Source: Spironucleus salmonicida
Lineage: Eukaryota
NCBI RefSeq assembly: GCF_000497125.1
Contig: NC_090602.1
Span: 1,240,001-1,304,000 of the forward strand
Reading direction: 5' to 3'
Length of the DNA stretch: 64,000 nucleotides
Shown here: one piece after another, positions 52,871 to 63,691 of the stretch
How positions within the stretch are numbered: the stretch's first letter is position 1
Layout of the letters: every line of letters begins with the position of its first letter
Made by a program: the position numbers and the translations under genes
Notes under the pieces: model-generated
Database searches by the model: none
Seen by the model: the letters and a program-made list of their open reading frames with translations, nothing else
What the model was told of the DNA's origin: nothing

Positions 52871-54100
52871 ATGAAAATTAAACCATAAAAACGCTTATTA
52901 ATTCATATTTAGAATTAGTTTTACCAATATTTTTCAAATCAACAGATTCAGAATCTGTATTTTATCATTAATGGCGAACATACAAACTCGGCCTTAATGA
53001 TTTTTCTTCTCCAAAATTTCAATGCTAAACAGCAAAAGCAGTTCACTCTAACAGTTTCCGGAGACCAAATCACCCAAGAAGCCTCACTGATAGTTGAAAA
53101 TTATCACCTGGCACTTACACCTAATATACCTCCTGAAAACGCACTGTACGTCTCCCTGCTCAGCAAAAATGCCTTAATTACTAGTTTTTTGGATCAAATT
53201 TTTGAAAAATCTCACTTTTACCTCTTTTCATAGATTTCCGACATAGAGCTCTAGGAGCAGGCCGAACAGGCCGATTTCAGTTTCACGGCGATGCCCTTCA
53301 CGCCGTTTATGGAGAAGTCCGTCCATGTCAACTATTCGGTGATCTCTAATCTACAGAAGTCACTGATAGCATTCTAGCTGTCCAAACCGGTCAAAATTGA
53401 GCCATTTTACCGCTTCCCAGAGCCGCTGGGAGGTGTCCCTCCCGCACTGCTGAACTCAGCCTGCCGCATTTTATCAACCGCGCAACCTCAAAAAAAGACG
53501 ATTCTGGTCGCTTTTTCTGGTGGAAAAGACTCCGCGGCGACGTATCTAACGTTACAGGCATTGCAGCCCCGCTTCGATTTTGCTCTCAAGGCACAGCTTT
53601 TCGACCCGCAGCTGCCGGGATTTTCGACGGAAAGGGTGCAGAAAGTGGCTGATTATTTCGGAATTCCACTCGAAATCGTGACTAAAAAGGTTGTCCCGCA
53701 GGACTTCTCGTTATGCGCCTCATGTGCTCGCGCGCGGCGAATTGCGCTCCTGGAGTCCAGACCAGCGTTTCTAGCGCTTGGTCACCATCTAAAGGACTCG
53801 GTAGAGACCATTTTGATGACCGGAATGCACAATGGCGCTTTTTTTCCGCTCCGGGGACTATACACCCCGGAGATCGACGGGGTGGACGGGGAGACGCGAG
53901 TGATCCGGCCGCTGCTGGACTGCACGCAGGGGGACGTGCTGGCATTCACCGGTGCGTTCGCGGTGGAATTCGTGAGCTCCGACGCAGCCGAGTGCGACTT
54001 CGCTGCACGGGGAGGTGGAAAGGAGAGCGAAAGGGGGAGAATCCGGCGGTTCCTAGACGGGCGCGACTACGGCTGGTTCGCGGAAATGGGCTATGAATGA
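52871..54100 (+). CDS. PP-loop ATPase, TtcA-like tRNA thiolation enzyme with an N-terminal extension, 409 aa
   Basis: ILVAFSGGKDS, DPQLPGF, LCASCARARR, LALGHHLKDSVET and VIRPL; the frame joins supplied ORFs 52997 and 53561. Confidence 0.8.
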
Positions 54101-54113
54101 GAAACGGGTACAA

Positions 54114-54464
54114 TCACTTGTTGGAGGAATACTTGGAGATGGCAGACTCGGCGTGAGACTGGGCGGCCTTGTAGAGCTCACCACCGTTAAGCACGAGTTT
54201 GGCGGCAGCGGTGATCTGGGACTTACCAATGGTGTTACGGTGGTGCTGTCTGGCGATCTGGGAGGCTTCGGAGGCGATTCTCTCGAAGAGATCGTTGACC
54301 ATGGAGTTCATGGCGGCCATGCACTGCTTGGAGACACCACAGTCAGCGTCCTTGCCCTGGAAGGCATCAGAGGCCTTGAGAACCTTGAGGATGTAGGTAC
54401 CATAGGTCTCTACTCTCTTCATCTTACGGGTAGCTTTGGCTTCAGGGGCGGATCCAAGGGACAT
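54114..54464 (-). CDS. H2B: Histone H2B, copy 1
   Basis: KRVETYGTYILKVLK, MNSMVNDLFERIASEAS, AKLVL.GEL, AISKY. Confidence 0.95.
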   Translation of the reverse strand: MSLGSAPEAKATRKMKRVETYGTYILKVLKASDAFQGKDADCGVSKQCMAAMNSMVNDLFERIASEASQIARQHHRNTIGKSQITAAAKLVLNGGELYKAAQSHAESAISKYSSNK

Positions 54465-54691
54465 TTTAAATAGTGGAGTGGAAATGCCAATCTAGGCACC
54501 TGGGCCTAGTCACTTGCGCAGGCTCACTTTTGCGAAATCACTATACTCCACATTATTATATTGCATATACCTCGTATACTCGGGAGAAAGCGAAATAGCC
54601 CAAAGATGGCTGAGTCTACTTTTGTGTACACTTCATCCTACAACGGCGACTTAATGACTTCGCACCTAGGCAGGCAGCCTCCAGTGGTCAG

Positions 54692-55531
54692 TCAGATAGC
54701 ACGATCTCTGATGCTCTACCACGCCATTAACTCACAAATCACGCTGCCGGCGACACACCTGGCGCGCGTGCTCAAGGTGTACACGAACGCAGCATCGCAT
54801 AGCGGGTCGATTTCACACAGCAGCTGGTTCTTTAAGACTACAGCCCCTGTCTCAAGTAGACCTAACAGCAGTCCAGATACAGGCGCACATACGCTGAGCT
54901 GGCCTCGGCGATGGGTCACAGCATCCATTTTTCGGTTGAGGCACTCGCCGGACTCTGTCTACAGGCCCCCCTCATCAGACTCAATGACTCCTATCGGGTC
55001 TCCTATTTTTACAAACTCTCCAATCCCTCGTTTTGCTGTCCACCTCCCGCCGATCTCAGCGCGGGCCTCGCGTTCGAATGAATATCCACCGATTAGCTCT
55101 GGCTCCGACATTTTCTACTGTTTCTAGCGTGTTCCCGCATAGCGCCCCGACTTTTAGATTACAATACTGGCCGTTAGACCCTCTATTCCCCAATTGGTTG
55201 AAATTGTCACCCCTTGGAATTTGAATTGGGTGGGTGCGGTGTTAACAACAATATCATATTAGATATCGGATAGAAACTTAGACGAACTCGTCAAAACCGG
55301 TATAATATTGTCCACTAGGGCCTTGTTAAGCTGTTCTAGCGTCGTTACCCGACGTGCAGTTACCCCCTCTACCTCGAATCCTCCTACAAAAACCGCTTAG
55401 CAAAAGCTTTTCATTCGCTTTAGCGAAGTGGGATGATCTAGTTCTAGGCAGAATGCTGTGATTTATAACCGGGACAGGTAGATGGTCACGGCAGTGCCAA
55501 CCTCTCCCGCACCGATTACAAGGACTCTCAT
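54692..55531 (-). CDS. yqeB: YqeB-family protein (selenium-dependent molybdenum hydroxylase system), copy 1, 279 aa
   Basis: MRVLVIGAGEVGTAV, LELDHPTSLKRMKSFCQAV..VEGVTARR, PELIGGYSFEREARA, IGEFVKIGDPIG, APVSGLLLGLL, EIDP, ARCVAGSV. Fully translated in code 6. Confidence 0.85.
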
Positions 55532-56149
55532 TCGAAATAATATATGAATCAATATATAATAACGGCTTCCACTTACATCTGAAATTAAACATAGAATGCC
55601 TGCACATTCACTGCAATGATTTCCACCATTATTGACTCCTATGTACAATTCAACGATGCAAAATTCTATCCCACAAATTGATTTTATTATCCGTTGATTG
55701 TGTTAGCTCAACTTTGTTACTGCATTTAAGTCTTATAGGCAACATTGTTGAAGCCCTTAATATTTGTGAAGATTTGAAGCCATGATCGTAATTTCACATT
55801 AGTAACTAACGCAATAGTGTCCTTTTAGGCTTATAGAAATATATGATATATAGAAAACAAATGACAGGTGGTTCCAGTTAAAATAATGGCCTTAATTTAT
55901 ATTTAAGCTTCATACTGGAGAAAAGTTAGAGTTTTTCATTTTATTTATTTATACTAGCCGTTTATGAAATTTATATCGTACTCCTGACTGGCACTCGTAA
56001 TTTTCGATATTTAATCATCATTTTATCTGTGCCTCCAATGATAGAGCTTAAACACTACTGTTACATTTTTTGTTCTTTGGCAATTTTCTCAAACCGATGA
56101 ATTTATCCTGCTACACACCTTCACACCCTCAGCATCAGTTGAGGAGCGC

Positions 56150-56350
56150 GTGATCCGGCCGCTGCTGGACTGCACGCAGGGGGACGTGCTGGCATTCACC
56201 GGTGCGTTCGCGGTGGAATTCGTGAGCTCCGACGCAGCCGAGTGCGACTTCGCTGCACGGGGAGGTGGAAAGGAGAGCGAAAGGGGGAGAATCCGGCGGT
56301 TCCTAGACGGGCGCGACTACGGCTGGTTCGCGGAAATGGGCTATGAATGA
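56150..56350 (+). pseudogene. 3' fragment of the TtcA-like gene at the array junction (also 58400-58600, 60650-60850, 62900-63100)
   Basis: Identical to 53900-54100; no in-frame ATG back to the upstream in-frame TGA. Confidence 0.8.
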
Positions 56351-56363
56351 GAAACGGGTACAA

Positions 56364-56714
56364 TCACTTGTTGGAGGAATACTTGGAGATGGCAGACTCG
56401 GCGTGAGACTGGGCGGCCTTGTAGAGCTCACCACCGTTAAGCACGAGTTTGGCGGCAGCGGTGATCTGGGACTTACCAATGGTGTTACGGTGGTGCTGTC
56501 TGGCGATCTGGGAGGCTTCGGAGGCGATTCTCTCGAAGAGATCGTTGACCATGGAGTTCATGGCGGCCATGCACTGCTTGGAGACACCACAGTCAGCGTC
56601 CTTGCCCTGGAAGGCATCAGAGGCCTTGAGAACCTTGAGGATGTAGGTACCATAGGTCTCTACTCTCTTCATCTTACGGGTAGCTTTGGCTTCAGGGGCG
56701 GATCCAAGGGACAT
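56364..56714 (-). CDS. H2B: Histone H2B, copy 2
   Basis: Identical to copy 1. Confidence 0.95.
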   Translation of the reverse strand: MSLGSAPEAKATRKMKRVETYGTYILKVLKASDAFQGKDADCGVSKQCMAAMNSMVNDLFERIASEASQIARQHHRNTIGKSQITAAAKLVLNGGELYKAAQSHAESAISKYSSNK

Positions 56715-56941
56715 TTTAAATAGTGGAGTGGAAATGCCAATCTAGGCACCTGGGCCTAGTCACTTGCGCAGGCTCACTTTTGCGAAATCACTATACTCCA
56801 CATTATTATATTGCATATACCTCGTATACTCGGGAGAAAGCGAAATAGCCCAAAGATGGCTGAGTCTACTTTTGTGTACACTTCATCCTACAACGGCGAC
56901 TTAATGACTTCGCACCTAGGCAGGCAGCCTCCAGTGGTCAG

Positions 56942-57781
56942 TCAGATAGCACGATCTCTGATGCTCTACCACGCCATTAACTCACAAATCACGCTGCCGG
57001 CGACACACCTGGCGCGCGTGCTCAAGGTGTACACGAACGCAGCATCGCATAGCGGGTCGATTTCACACAGCAGCTGGTTCTTTAAGACTACAGCCCCTGT
57101 CTCAAGTAGACCTAACAGCAGTCCAGATACAGGCGCACATACGCTGAGCTGGCCTCGGCGATGGGTCACAGCATCCATTTTTCGGTTGAGGCACTCGCCG
57201 GACTCTGTCTACAGGCCCCCCTCATCAGACTCAATGACTCCTATCGGGTCTCCTATTTTTACAAACTCTCCAATCCCTCGTTTTGCTGTCCACCTCCCGC
57301 CGATCTCAGCGCGGGCCTCGCGTTCGAATGAATATCCACCGATTAGCTCTGGCTCCGACATTTTCTACTGTTTCTAGCGTGTTCCCGCATAGCGCCCCGA
57401 CTTTTAGATTACAATACTGGCCGTTAGACCCTCTATTCCCCAATTGGTTGAAATTGTCACCCCTTGGAATTTGAATTGGGTGGGTGCGGTGTTAACAACA
57501 ATATCATATTAGATATCGGATAGAAACTTAGACGAACTCGTCAAAACCGGTATAATATTGTCCACTAGGGCCTTGTTAAGCTGTTCTAGCGTCGTTACCC
57601 GACGTGCAGTTACCCCCTCTACCTCGAATCCTCCTACAAAAACCGCTTAGCAAAAGCTTTTCATTCGCTTTAGCGAAGTGGGATGATCTAGTTCTAGGCA
57701 GAATGCTGTGATTTATAACCGGGACAGGTAGATGGTCACGGCAGTGCCAACCTCTCCCGCACCGATTACAAGGACTCTCAT
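56942..57781 (-). CDS. yqeB: YqeB-family protein, copy 2
   Basis: Copy 1 + 2250. Confidence 0.85.
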
Positions 57782-58613
57782 TCGAAATAATATATGAATC
57801 AATATATAATAACGGCTTCCACTTACATCTGAAATTAAACATAGAATGCCTGCACATTCACTGCAATGATTTCCACCATTATTGACTCCTATGTACAATT
57901 CAACGATGCAAAATTCTATCCCACAAATTGATTTTATTATCCGTTGATTGTGTTAGCTCAACTTTGTTACTGCATTTAAGTCTTATAGGCAACATTGTTG
58001 AAGCCCTTAATATTTGTGAAGATTTGAAGCCATGATCGTAATTTCACATTAGTAACTAACGCAATAGTGTCCTTTTAGGCTTATAGAAATATATGATATA
58101 TAGAAAACAAATGACAGGTGGTTCCAGTTAAAATAATGGCCTTAATTTATATTTAAGCTTCATACTGGAGAAAAGTTAGAGTTTTTCATTTTATTTATTT
58201 ATACTAGCCGTTTATGAAATTTATATCGTACTCCTGACTGGCACTCGTAATTTTCGATATTTAATCATCATTTTATCTGTGCCTCCAATGATAGAGCTTA
58301 AACACTACTGTTACATTTTTTGTTCTTTGGCAATTTTCTCAAACCGATGAATTTATCCTGCTACACACCTTCACACCCTCAGCATCAGTTGAGGAGCGCG
58401 TGATCCGGCCGCTGCTGGACTGCACGCAGGGGGACGTGCTGGCATTCACCGGTGCGTTCGCGGTGGAATTCGTGAGCTCCGACGCAGCCGAGTGCGACTT
58501 CGCTGCACGGGGAGGTGGAAAGGAGAGCGAAAGGGGGAGAATCCGGCGGTTCCTAGACGGGCGCGACTACGGCTGGTTCGCGGAAATGGGCTATGAATGA
58601 GAAACGGGTACAA

Positions 58614-58964
58614 TCACTTGTTGGAGGAATACTTGGAGATGGCAGACTCGGCGTGAGACTGGGCGGCCTTGTAGAGCTCACCACCGTTAAGCACGAGTTT
58701 GGCGGCAGCGGTGATCTGGGACTTACCAATGGTGTTACGGTGGTGCTGTCTGGCGATCTGGGAGGCTTCGGAGGCGATTCTCTCGAAGAGATCGTTGACC
58801 ATGGAGTTCATGGCGGCCATGCACTGCTTGGAGACACCACAGTCAGCGTCCTTGCCCTGGAAGGCATCAGAGGCCTTGAGAACCTTGAGGATGTAGGTAC
58901 CATAGGTCTCTACTCTCTTCATCTTACGGGTAGCTTTGGCTTCAGGGGCGGATCCAAGGGACAT
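58614..58964 (-). CDS. H2B: Histone H2B, copy 3
   Basis: Identical to copy 1. Confidence 0.95.
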   Translation of the reverse strand: MSLGSAPEAKATRKMKRVETYGTYILKVLKASDAFQGKDADCGVSKQCMAAMNSMVNDLFERIASEASQIARQHHRNTIGKSQITAAAKLVLNGGELYKAAQSHAESAISKYSSNK

Positions 58965-59191
58965 TTTAAATAGTGGAGTGGAAATGCCAATCTAGGCACC
59001 TGGGCCTAGTCACTTGCGCAGGCTCACTTTTGCGAAATCACTATACTCCACATTATTATATTGCATATACCTCGTATACTCGGGAGAAAGCGAAATAGCC
59101 CAAAGATGGCTGAGTCTACTTTTGTGTACACTTCATCCTACAACGGCGACTTAATGACTTCGCACCTAGGCAGGCAGCCTCCAGTGGTCAG

Positions 59192-60031
59192 TCAGATAGC
59201 ACGATCTCTGATGCTCTACCACGCCATTAACTCACAAATCACGCTGCCGGCGACACACCTGGCGCGCGTGCTCAAGGTGTACACGAACGCAGCATCGCAT
59301 AGCGGGTCGATTTCACACAGCAGCTGGTTCTTTAAGACTACAGCCCCTGTCTCAAGTAGACCTAACAGCAGTCCAGATACAGGCGCACATACGCTGAGCT
59401 GGCCTCGGCGATGGGTCACAGCATCCATTTTTCGGTTGAGGCACTCGCCGGACTCTGTCTACAGGCCCCCCTCATCAGACTCAATGACTCCTATCGGGTC
59501 TCCTATTTTTACAAACTCTCCAATCCCTCGTTTTGCTGTCCACCTCCCGCCGATCTCAGCGCGGGCCTCGCGTTCGAATGAATATCCACCGATTAGCTCT
59601 GGCTCCGACATTTTCTACTGTTTCTAGCGTGTTCCCGCATAGCACCCCGACTTTTAGATTACAATACTGGCCGTTAGACCCTCTATTCCCCAATTGGTTG
59701 AAATTGTCACCCCTTGGAATTTGAATTGGGTGGGTGCGGTGTTAACAACAATATCATATTAGATATCGGATAGAAACTTAGACGAACTCGTCAAAACCGG
59801 TATAATATTGTCCACTAGGGCCTTGTTAAGCTGTTCTAGCGTCGTTACCCGACGTGCAGTTACCCCCTCTACCTCGAATCCTCCTACAAAAACCGCTTAG
59901 CAAAAGCTTTTCATTCGCTTTAGCGAAGTGGGATGATCTAGTTCTAGGCAGAATGCTGTGATTTATAACCGGGACAGGTAGATGGTCACGGCAGTGCCAA
60001 CCTCTCCCGCACCGATTACAAGGACTCTCAT
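59192..60031 (-). CDS. yqeB: YqeB-family protein, copy 3 (Arg to Cys variant)
   Basis: Copy 1 + 4500; G>A at 59644 changes CGC to TGC. Confidence 0.85.
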
Positions 60032-60863
60032 TCGAAATAATATATGAATCAATATATAATAACGGCTTCCACTTACATCTGAAATTAAACATAGAATGCC
60101 TGCACATTCACTGCAATGATTTCCACCATTATTGACTCCTATGTACAATTCAACGATGCAAAATTCTATCCCACAAATTGATTTTATTATCCGTTGATTG
60201 TGTTAGCTCAACTTTGTTACTGCATTTAAGTCTTATAGGCAACATTGTTGAAGCCCTTAATATTTGTGAAGATTTGAAGCCATGATCGTAATTTCACATT
60301 AGTAACTAACGCAATAGTGTCCTTTTAGGCTTATAGAAATATATGATATATAGAAAACAAATGACAGGTGGTTCCAGTTAAAATAATGGCCTTAATTTAT
60401 ATTTAAGCTTCATACTGGAGAAAAGTTAGAGTTTTTCATTTTATTTATTTATACTAGCCGTTTATGAAATTTATATCGTACTCCTGACTGGCACTCGTAA
60501 TTTTCGATATTTAATCATCATTTTATCTGTGCCTCCAATGATAGAGCTTAAACACTACTGTTACATTTTTTGTTCTTTGGCAATTTTCTCAAACCGATGA
60601 ATTTATCCTGCTACACACCTTCACACCCTCAGCATCAGTTGAGGAGCGCGTGATCCGGCCGCTGCTGGACTGCACGCAGGGGGACGTGCTGGCATTCACC
60701 GGTGCGTTCGCGGTGGAATTCGTGAGCTCCGACGCAGCCGAGTGCGACTTCGCTGCACGGGGAGGTGGAAAGGAGAGCGAAAGGGGGAGAATCCGGCGGT
60801 TCCTAGACGGGCGCGACTACGGCTGGTTCGCGGAAATGGGCTATGAATGAGAAACGGGTACAA

Positions 60864-61214
60864 TCACTTGTTGGAGGAATACTTGGAGATGGCAGACTCG
60901 GCGTGAGACTGGGCGGCCTTGTAGAGCTCACCACCGTTAAGCACGAGTTTGGCGGCAGCGGTGATCTGGGACTTACCAATGGTGTTACGGTGGTGCTGTC
61001 TGGCGATCTGGGAGGCTTCGGAGGCGATTCTCTCGAAGAGATCGTTGACCATGGAGTTCATGGCGGCCATGCACTGCTTGGAGACACCACAGTCAGCGTC
61101 CTTGCCCTGGAAGGCATCAGAGGCCTTGAGAACCTTGAGGATGTAGGTACCATAGGTCTCTACTCTCTTCATCTTACGGGTAGCTTTGGCTTCAGGGGCG
61201 GATCCAAGGGACAT
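60864..61214 (-). CDS. H2B: Histone H2B, copy 4
   Basis: Identical to copy 1. Confidence 0.95.
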   Translation of the reverse strand: MSLGSAPEAKATRKMKRVETYGTYILKVLKASDAFQGKDADCGVSKQCMAAMNSMVNDLFERIASEASQIARQHHRNTIGKSQITAAAKLVLNGGELYKAAQSHAESAISKYSSNK

Positions 61215-61441
61215 TTTAAATAGTGGAGTGGAAATGCCAATCTAGGCACCTGGGCCTAGTCACTTGCGCAGGCTCACTTTTGCGAAATCACTATACTCCA
61301 CATTATTATATTGCATATACCTCGTATACTCGGGAGAAAGCGAAATAGCCCAAAGATGGCTGAGTCTACTTTTGTGTACACTTCATCCTACAACGGCGAC
61401 TTAATGACTTCGCACCTAGGCAGGCAGCCTCCAGTGGTCAG

Positions 61442-62281
61442 TCAGATAGCACGATCTCTGATGCTCTACCACGCCATTAACTCACAAATCACGCTGCCGG
61501 CGACACACCTGGCGCGCGTGCTCAAGGTGTACACGAACGCAGCATCGCATAGCGGGTCGATTTCACACAGCAGCTGGTTCTTTAAGACTACAGCCCCTGT
61601 CTCAAGTAGACCTAACAGCAGTCCAGATACAGGCGCACATACGCTGAGCTGGCCTCGGCGATGGGTCACAGCATCCATTTTTCGGTTGAGGCACTCGCCG
61701 GACTCTGTCTACAGGCCCCCCTCATCAGACTCAATGACTCCTATCGGGTCTCCTATTTTTACAAACTCTCCAATCCCTCGTTTTGCTGTCCACCTCCCGC
61801 CGATCTCAGCGCGGGCCTCGCGTTCGAATGAATATCCACCGATTAGCTCTGGCTCCGACATTTTCTACTGTTTCTAGCGTGTTCCCGCATAGCGCCCCGA
61901 CTTTTAGATTACAATACTGGCCGTTAGACCCTCTATTCCCCAATTGGTTGAAATTGTCACCCCTTGGAATTTGAATTGGGTGGGTGCGGTGTTAACAACA
62001 ATATCATATTAGATATCGGATAGAAACTTAGACGAACTCGTCAAAACCGGTATAATATTGTCCACTAGGGCCTTGTTAAGCTGTTCTAGCGTCGTTACCC
62101 GACGTGCAGTTACCCCCTCTACCTCGAATCCTCCTACAAAAACCGCTTAGCAAAAGCTTTTCATTCGCTTTAGCGAAGTGGGATGATCTAGTTCTAGGCA
62201 GAATGCTGTGATTTATAACCGGGACAGGTAGATGGTCACGGCAGTGCCAACCTCTCCCGCACCGATTACAAGGACTCTCAT
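61442..62281 (-). CDS. yqeB: YqeB-family protein, copy 4
   Basis: Copy 1 + 6750. Confidence 0.85.
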
Positions 62282-63113
62282 TCGAAATAATATATGAATC
62301 AATATATAATAACGGCTTCCACTTACATCTGAAATTAAACATAGAATGCCTGCACATTCACTGCAATGATTTCCACCATTATTGACTCCTATGTACAATT
62401 CAACGATGCAAAATTCTATCCCACAAATTGATTTTATTATCCGTTGATTGTGTTAGCTCAACTTTGTTACTGCATTTAAGTCTTATAGGCAACATTGTTG
62501 AAGCCCTTAATATTTGTGAAGATTTGAAGCCATGATCGTAATTTCACATTAGTAACTAACGCAATAGTGTCCTTTTAGGCTTATAGAAATATATGATATA
62601 TAGAAAACAAATGACAGGTGGTTCCAGTTAAAATAATGGCCTTAATTTATATTTAAGCTTCATACTGGAGAAAAGTTAGAGTTTTTCATTTTATTTATTT
62701 ATACTAGCCGTTTATGAAATTTATATCGTACTCCTGACTGGCACTCGTAATTTTCGATATTTAATCATCATTTTATCTGTGCCTCCAATGATAGAGCTTA
62801 AACACTACTGTTACATTTTTTGTTCTTTGGCAATTTTCTCAAACCGATGAATTTATCCTGCTACACACCTTCACACCCTCAGCATCAGTTGAGGAGCGCG
62901 TGATCCGGCCGCTGCTGGACTGCACGCAGGGGGACGTGCTGGCATTCACCGGTGCGTTCGCGGTGGAATTCGTGAGCTCCGACGCAGCCGAGTGCGACTT
63001 CGCTGCACGGGGAGGTGGAAAGGAGAGCGAAAGGGGGAGAATCCGGCGGTTCCTAGACGGGCGCGACTACGGCTGGTTCGCGGAAATGGGCTATGAATGA
63101 GAAACGGGTACAA

Positions 63114-63464
63114 TCACTTGTTGGAGGAATACTTGGAGATGGCAGACTCGGCGTGAGACTGGGCGGCCTTGTAGAGCTCACCACCGTTAAGCACGAGTTT
63201 GGCGGCAGCGGTGATCTGGGACTTACCAATGGTGTTACGGTGGTGCTGTCTGGCGATCTGGGAGGCTTCGGAGGCGATTCTCTCGAAGAGATCGTTGACC
63301 ATGGAGTTCATGGCGGCCATGCACTGCTTGGAGACACCACAGTCAGCGTCCTTGCCCTGGAAGGCATCAGAGGCCTTGAGAACCTTGAGGATGTAGGTAC
63401 CATAGGTCTCTACTCTCTTCATCTTACGGGTAGCTTTGGCTTCAGGGGCGGATCCAAGGGACAT
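63114..63464 (-). CDS. H2B: Histone H2B, copy 5
   Basis: Identical to copy 1. Confidence 0.95.
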   Translation of the reverse strand: MSLGSAPEAKATRKMKRVETYGTYILKVLKASDAFQGKDADCGVSKQCMAAMNSMVNDLFERIASEASQIARQHHRNTIGKSQITAAAKLVLNGGELYKAAQSHAESAISKYSSNK

Positions 63465-63691
63465 TTTAAATAGTGGAGTGGAAATGCCAATCTAGGCACC
63501 TGGGCCTAGTCACTTGCGCAGGCTCACTTTTGCGAAATCACTATACTCCACATTATTATATTGCATATACCTCGTATACTCGGGAGAAAGCGAAATAGCC
63601 CAAAGATGGCTGAGTCTACTTTTGTGTACACTTCATCCTACAACGGCGACTTAATGACTTCGCACCTAGGCAGGCAGCCTCCAGTGGTCAG

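Noticed and set aside
54093-54473. 126-aa plus-strand ORF overlapping H2B
   Set aside because: Antisense shadow of the GC-rich histone gene.
54473-54551. tRNA-like cloverleaf upstream of H2B
   Set aside because: It has a 7-bp terminal stem but no D-loop GG or T-loop TTC in the right positions.
54561-55127. 188-aa plus-strand ORF repeated in each array unit
   Set aside because: It is antisense to YqeB and has no family motifs; the minus strand carries the conserved protein.
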